DNA of 64,000 bases from Pyrinomonadaceae bacterium (GTDB lineage Bacteria; Acidobacteriota; Blastocatellia; Pyrinomonadales; Pyrinomonadaceae). Below are positions 60,371-64,000 of the stretch, one piece after another. A program made the position numbers and the translations under genes. How positions within the stretch are numbered: the stretch's first letter is position 1; every line of letters begins with the position of its first letter. The stretch lies in the NCBI GenBank assembly GCA_963817025.1, contig CAWFML010000001.1:285332-349331 (forward strand). The letters run 5' to 3'. The notes beneath the pieces are model-generated. The model did not search any database. It was not told the DNA's origin and saw nothing but the letters and a program-made list of their open reading frames with translations.

Positions 60371-61939
60371 TCACGCGCTTGGCTCAACGGCTTCTCGTCC
60401 ATAAAGCCAGCACATCCCGCTTAAATGCGCCGAGAGTTGTTCGGTCAAAGCTCCCGCGCGAAAACGCCAGCTCCAGTTGCCGTCCTTCGTGGCCGGAAGA
60501 TTCATACGCCCTTCTGCTCCGAGTCCGAGCACATCTTGCAAGGGAATGATCGCAGTGTCCGCCACAGACATCAGCGCGGCGCGCATCATGTCCCGGTGAA
60601 TCTCTCTGCCGTCCGAGTCGAGATACTTCAAACAATGCTCGCGCGTGCGCTTTTGATAATCGGCATCGCCGCTGAAGAGAGAAGCAAACCAGCCGACTGT
60701 AGTGTCATTGTCATGCGTGCCCGTGTAAACGACGGAATTGTTAATGTGCTTGTGCGGCAGATGCGTGCTATGCGCGTCGCCGCCAAAGGCGAATTGCAGG
60801 ACGCGCATGCCGGGAAAACCGAACTCGTCGCGCAGGGCTTCGACATCCGGCGTGATGACTCCCAAATCTTCCGCCATCACGGGCAACTCTCCGAAAGCCT
60901 GTTCGAGCGCCGCGAAAAGCTCGCGTCCCGGCGCGTTGACCCATTGCCCGTGCTCCGCAGTCTTGTCTTTGCCCGGCACTTCCCATGCCGCCGCAAATCC
61001 GCGAAAGTGGTCGAGCCGCACGATGTCAAACATCTCAAGCATCGCTCGCATGCGCTCGATCCACCAGCGAAAGCCGTCTGCGCGCATCCGCTCCCAATCG
61101 TAAAGCGGATTGCCCCAGAGCTGTCCTGTCTTGCTAAAATAATCCGGCGGCACGCCTGCGACTACGCGCGGGCTGCCCTTGTCGTCCAGTTTGAAAAGCT
61201 GCTGGTTGACCCACACGTCCGCCGAATCATGCGCGACGAAAATCGGCATGTCGCCCACCACCCTGATGCCGCGCTCATGGCAGAGCTTCTTGATCGCAGA
61301 CCACTGCGAGAAGAAAAGATACTGGTAAAATTTCTGCGCATTGACTTCATCGCTCAAGCTCTCGCGCGCATGCTTGAGCGCGCTCGCATCTCTGCTGACT
61401 AAATCGGCCTCCCAGGTGTTCCAGGCTCTTCCGTCATGCGCGTCCTTGAGCGCGCGAAACAGCGCGTAATCGTCTAGCCACGCCGCAGCCTTTTCCGTGA
61501 ACTCCTGAAAAGCCGCATGGAGTTTTCCGTCCATCGCCTGCCGGAAATTCTCGTAAGCTTTTTTGAGCAGCGCGGTCTTAAATTCATGCGCCAGCCCGTA
61601 CTGCACGCGCTCTGCCGCAAACTCCGGATGAGATTTCAAATCATCGGATGAGAGCAAAGCTGTCTGGACCAGACGCCGTGGGCTGATGAGCAGCGTGTTG
61701 CCCGCAAAGGCGGAGAAACACTGATACGGAGAATCGCCGTAGCCCGTCGGCCCCAGAGGCAAGACCTGCCACAATCCCTGTTTGCCCGCCGAGAGAAAAT
61801 CTATAAACCCTGCGGCCTCGTCGCCCAAATCCCCGATGCCGAACTCGCCCGGCAGCGAAGTCGGATGCAGCAGGATGCCGCTCGCTCTTGGAAAATTCAC
61901 AGTCGCTCCTCGAAAAGAAATGATTGCCACAGAGGACAA
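60371..61939 (-). CDS. malQ: 4-alpha-glucanotransferase (amylomaltase, GH77)
   Basis: RASGILLHPTSLPGEFGIGDLGDEA...WQVLPLGPTGYGDSPYQCFSAFAGN...RLDHFRGF...DLGVI; the GH77 pattern. Confidence 0.93.
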   Translation of the reverse strand: MSSVAIISFRGATVNFPRASGILLHPTSLPGEFGIGDLGDEAAGFIDFLSAGKQGLWQVLPLGPTGYGDSPYQCFSAFAGNTLLISPRRLVQTALLSSDDLKSHPEFAAERVQYGLAHEFKTALLKKAYENFRQAMDGKLHAAFQEFTEKAAAWLDDYALFRALKDAHDGRAWNTWEADLVSRDASALKHARESLSDEVNAQKFYQYLFFSQWSAIKKLCHERGIRVVGDMPIFVAHDSADVWVNQQLFKLDDKGSPRVVAGVPPDYFSKTGQLWGNPLYDWERMRADGFRWWIERMRAMLEMFDIVRLDHFRGFAAAWEVPGKDKTAEHGQWVNAPGRELFAALEQAFGELPVMAEDLGVITPDVEALRDEFGFPGMRVLQFAFGGDAHSTHLPHKHINNSVVYTGTHDNDTTVGWFASLFSGDADYQKRTREHCLKYLDSDGREIHRDMMRAALMSVADTAIIPLQDVLGLGAEGRMNLPATKDGNWSWRFRAGALTEQLSAHLSGMCWLYGREAVEPSA

Positions 61940-61990
61940 GGCAGAATTTCAAAATTGAAATCTCGAATTTGAATTTATGTTCTTTCTCTG
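61921..61990. repeat. repeat related to the GCCACAGAGGAC family
   Basis: gattgccacagaggacaaggcagaatttcaaaattgaaatctcgaatttgaatttatgttctttctctgtcccctcttg. The loop resembles the 28651-28760 copy (caaatttgaaatct). Confidence 0.55.
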
Positions 61991-62073
61991 TCCCCTCTTG
62001 CGGTTAATCTTTAGTTTAAAGACAAAGAGGCTGCGAAGGCAAAGAGTGATTTTTTTGAAGTGGAAAGAAAAGA

Positions 62074-62466
62074 TGGTGGAGGCGCCGAGAATTGAACTCG
62101 GATCCAAAAGTCGCCGCCGGTGCCGTCTACATGCTTAGTCGTTTCTCTTTTCGCAAAGACCCGAAGGCCGTTGCGGTTTTCGCCCTTTGCAGAGTCTGTG
62201 AAACGACAAGACCTCCGCAAGAGCTAGTCCGACTTTATCTCACGCACTGCCACGGACCGAAGCAGCGCGCCAGCTCAACTGAGTGACATCTCCTTCCGCG
62301 CGTATGAGCAACTTGCGGCGAGACGCTCGGTGCTTAATTAGGCAGCGAGAGCCAATTCTTGATTATTGGCAATTGTTTTTTCTCCACGCTTTTTAACGAG
62401 CTGCATGAAGTAGCCCGGCATGCATTCACTCGACGTACAAGACTCCTGTCGAAGCCTGTCGCCCCC
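62074..62466 (-). ncRNA. ssrA: tmRNA (SsrA), ~393 nt, one-piece, CCA encoded
   Basis: The minus strand reads 5'-GGGGGCGACAGGCUUCGAC...GCAUGCCGGG...GUUAAAAAGCG...[tag ORF GCC AAU AAU CAA GAA UUG GCU CUC GCU GCC UAA]...GACUAAGCAUGUAGACGGCACCGG...GGAUCCGAGUUCAAUUCUCGGCGCCUCCACCA-3'. The acceptor stem GGGGGCG/CGCCUCC has a G3-U70 wobble (Ala identity). It has a T-arm-like GAGUUCAAUUCUC and the discriminator A plus CCA. The tag peptide ANNQELALAA is encoded at 62338-62370. Confidence 0.92.
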
Positions 62467-62482
62467 CTTGAAAGCAATTTCA

Positions 62483-62512
62483 AGTATAGCTTTTGATGCC
62501 CGTGGCGGTCAA
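62483..62512 (-). promoter_or_regulatory. putative sigma70 promoter for the ssrA precursor (TTGACC-18nt-TATACT)
   Basis: The minus strand reads TTGACC (plus 62507-62512) ... TATACT (plus 62483-62488), ~16 nt upstream of the mature 5' end. This fits RNase P processing of a short leader. Confidence 0.4.
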
Positions 62513-62533
62513 AACGTGCGCCGCCCGGCGCGC

Positions 62534-62878
62534 CTATGATTTCCCGTTCCGCCTTTCACTGATATACCGCTCGACAATAGTAATCAGACTATTCAAACGC
62601 TCATCCGTCCTAGCCAGATTGGCGTCGGTTCTGGAAAGATTGGATTCCGTAGTAGCCTGTGCGACGGCTATCGCGCCCACCAGTCTATGCAGGCTCTCCT
62701 GTGATTCAGCTAATTTGTCCATCCTTTCGGCCAGCTTATCTACCTTTTCACTGAGCCGGTTGACCGTCTCTTCGAGACGCACGAAGTTCTCTTGCATAAG
62801 CTGTTGGTTGGCGGAGAACTGCGCCTGCTGTTCAAGAATGAATTGCATCGTGGATTGCATTTCTTCGTTAGTCATTTC
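62534..62878 (-). CDS. hypothetical coiled-coil protein
   Basis: MTNEEMQSTMQFILEQQAQFSANQQLMQENFVRLEETVNRLSEKVDKLAERMDKLAESQESLHRL... shows heptad periodicity. The longer ORF-track start (62989) is less likely. Confidence 0.45.
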   Translation of the reverse strand, partial: EMTNEEMQSTMQFILEQQAQFSANQQLMQENFVRLEETVNRLSEKVDKLAERMDKLAESQESLHRLVGAIAVAQATTESNLSRTDANLARTDERLNSLITIVERYISERRNGKS

Positions 62879-63045
62879 TTTATGCCCTCTGTCGAGGAAG
62901 GTCTGAAATCTCAAAGCAGAGGTGAGCTTGGAGTTTAGGAGCAGAATCGGGTTGAGGTCAAGAACTATTGATGTCTGGTGGTGGGTCAACTTGAAGTTGA
63001 TGATTCGTCAATCCTGAATTGAGTACGACAAGAGAGCAGAATTCT

Positions 63046-63143
63046 CACGCAAAGGCGCTGGTGGCGCAAAGCAAGACCGCAAAGCATTGAATGCCACTTG
63101 CTCTTTGCGTGCTTTTCTTTGCGCCACCAGCGCCTTTGCGTGA
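63046..63143. repeat. palindromic repeat, GCGCAAAG family (copy g)
   Basis: cacgcaaaggcgctggtggcgcaaagcaagaccgcaaagcattgaatgccacttgctctttgcgtgcttttctttgcgccaccagcgcctttgcgtg. Confidence 0.85.
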
Positions 63144-63371
63144 ACATTTCGTTTTCTTTGCTATCTTTGAAACTGAACCACTACCTGATGACCGCTTTTC
63201 TTCGGCCAGAGACAGGCAATCTCGTTTCTCTCATTCTTCACACTTGCGTTATAATTCTCAACGCGCCAGCGACACGAAAAAAGTCTCCAAAAGTCGCGCG
63301 TCCATAAAACTCAGGCTCGGGCAACGTGCATCTGAACGCTTGAGCTTACTTTTCAAAGAGGAATTGCTTTC

Positions 63372-64000
63372 ATGGCTGCAAAAGATTCGCGTAACCGTGC
63401 TGCTTCCGTGCAAACCCGCCCGGCGACCGCGCCGCCCGCGCGTCGCAAGTTTCTGCGCCGCTTCTGGTTTCCGGCGGTGCTGATGCTGGCGATTGCCGCA
63501 GGCGGATTGACCGGTATCGTCGCCGCATACCAGCTCAACTATTCGCAGGCCGCCGTAGAAGTCGCTTCGCTCGCCGCCTATCGTCCGAGCGTGGTGACGC
63601 GCGTTTACGCTGACGACGGCGAGACTGTGATCGGAGAGTTTGCGATTGAGAAACGCATCCCGCTCAAGTATGACGAGATTCCGACGGTGATGAAGAACGC
63701 CATTCTCGCCATCGAGGACGCGCGCTTTAACGAGCACATCGGCATTGACCCGATACGCATCGCCGGAGTCGTCTGGAAAAATCTGCTGACCGGCAGCCGC
63801 GAGGGCGGCTCGACCTTGACCCAGCAGCTTGCCAAAAATCTTTTCCTCTCCAGAGAGCAGACCCTCCAGCGCAAGATGAACGAATGGCTCGTCGCCTTGC
63901 AGATCGAACGCTACTATACCAAGCAGCAGATCATGGAGATGTATGCCAATCATATTTTCTTAGGCGCAGGAGCATACGGCGTAGAGGCAGGGGCGCAGAC
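63372..64000 (+). CDS. mrcA: class A penicillin-binding protein (PBP1A-type), N-terminal TM plus glycosyltransferase-51 domain, partial at window end
   Basis: MAAKDSRNRAAS...FPAVLMLAIAAGGLTGIVAAY (TM) ...IPTVMKNAILAIEDARFNEHIGIDPIRI...REGGSTLTQQLAKNLFL...; GT51 motifs ED-x2-F-x2-H-x-G and GxSTxTQQ. It is missing from the ORF track because no stop falls inside the window. Confidence 0.88.
   Translation, partial: MAAKDSRNRAASVQTRPATAPPARRKFLRRFWFPAVLMLAIAAGGLTGIVAAYQLNYSQAAVEVASLAAYRPSVVTRVYADDGETVIGEFAIEKRIPLKYDEIPTVMKNAILAIEDARFNEHIGIDPIRIAGVVWKNLLTGSREGGSTLTQQLAKNLFLSREQTLQRKMNEWLVALQIERYYTKQQIMEMYANHIFLGAGAYGVEAGAQ

Noticed and set aside
61940-62073. Genomic island or prophage integrated at the tmRNA 3' end
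   Set aside because: The sequence downstream of the ssrA 3' end runs directly into malQ, murI and rph (core metabolism). There is no integrase, no direct repeat of the ssrA 3' end, and no phage-like genes.
62011-62286. ORFs 62011-62220 (minus strand) and 62092-62286 (plus strand)
   Set aside because: Both overlap the tmRNA gene (62074-62466). The region is a structured RNA, not protein-coding.

Overview
The window is about 58% GC with mostly compact, operon-like gene organisation. The gene content (FG-GAP/PD40 repeat proteins, CarboxypepD_reg proteins, an OPT transporter, M14 peptidase) suggests an Acidobacteria-like soil bacterium, but that is only a guess. Main blocks are as follows. (1) Positions 1-12.7 kb hold a single minus-strand redox/catabolic cluster. 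It contains two GMC flavoprotein oxidoreductases, an OYE flavin reductase, an alpha/beta hydrolase, a metallophosphoesterase, and a tandemly duplicated pair of [small membrane protein + N-terminally anchored di-heme CXXCH cytochrome of the cytochrome-c-peroxidase/MauG type]. I rate this the best candidate for an undescribed system (a membrane-bound oxidase plus quinol-peroxidase-like module). (2) An Lrp/AsnC regulator overlaps an EamA exporter. (3) Positions 15-24 kb hold a dense proteostasis cluster: hsp20-clpB-hsp20-grpE-groEL-clpA-like, with no dnaK/dnaJ/groES/clpP/clpS. (4) thyA / folC / folA. (5) A cystathionine beta-synthase and a 742-aa flotillin-like protein carrying five tandem SPFH-like N-terminal modules. 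(6) Secreted and envelope proteins: M14 carboxypeptidase, OPT transporter, CarboxypepD_reg protein, PilZ protein, FG-GAP and PD40 repeat proteins including a 954-aa one. (7) cspA with a long 5'UTR; an AbgT transporter; a hybrid histidine kinase and a second sensor histidine kinase, both orphan; a bacterial SET-domain protein. (8) rph, murI, malQ, a tmRNA (ssrA, minus strand, not in the ORF track, tag ANNQELALAA) and the start of a class A PBP. Almost every intergenic gap carries one of several families of long palindromic repeats built from tandem 7-9 nt units (GGCAAAAG/GTAAAAG, GCGCAAAG, GGATGAAG, GCACAAAG, GCCACAGAGGAC). Several sit directly on stop codons, and in two genes (rph and the SET-domain gene) the repeat supplies the last codons and the stop. 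Two copies of a ~255-280 bp MITE-like element with terminal inverted repeats and target-site duplications are present in opposite orientation; one is nested inside a palindromic repeat. I found no CRISPR array, transposase or integrase.
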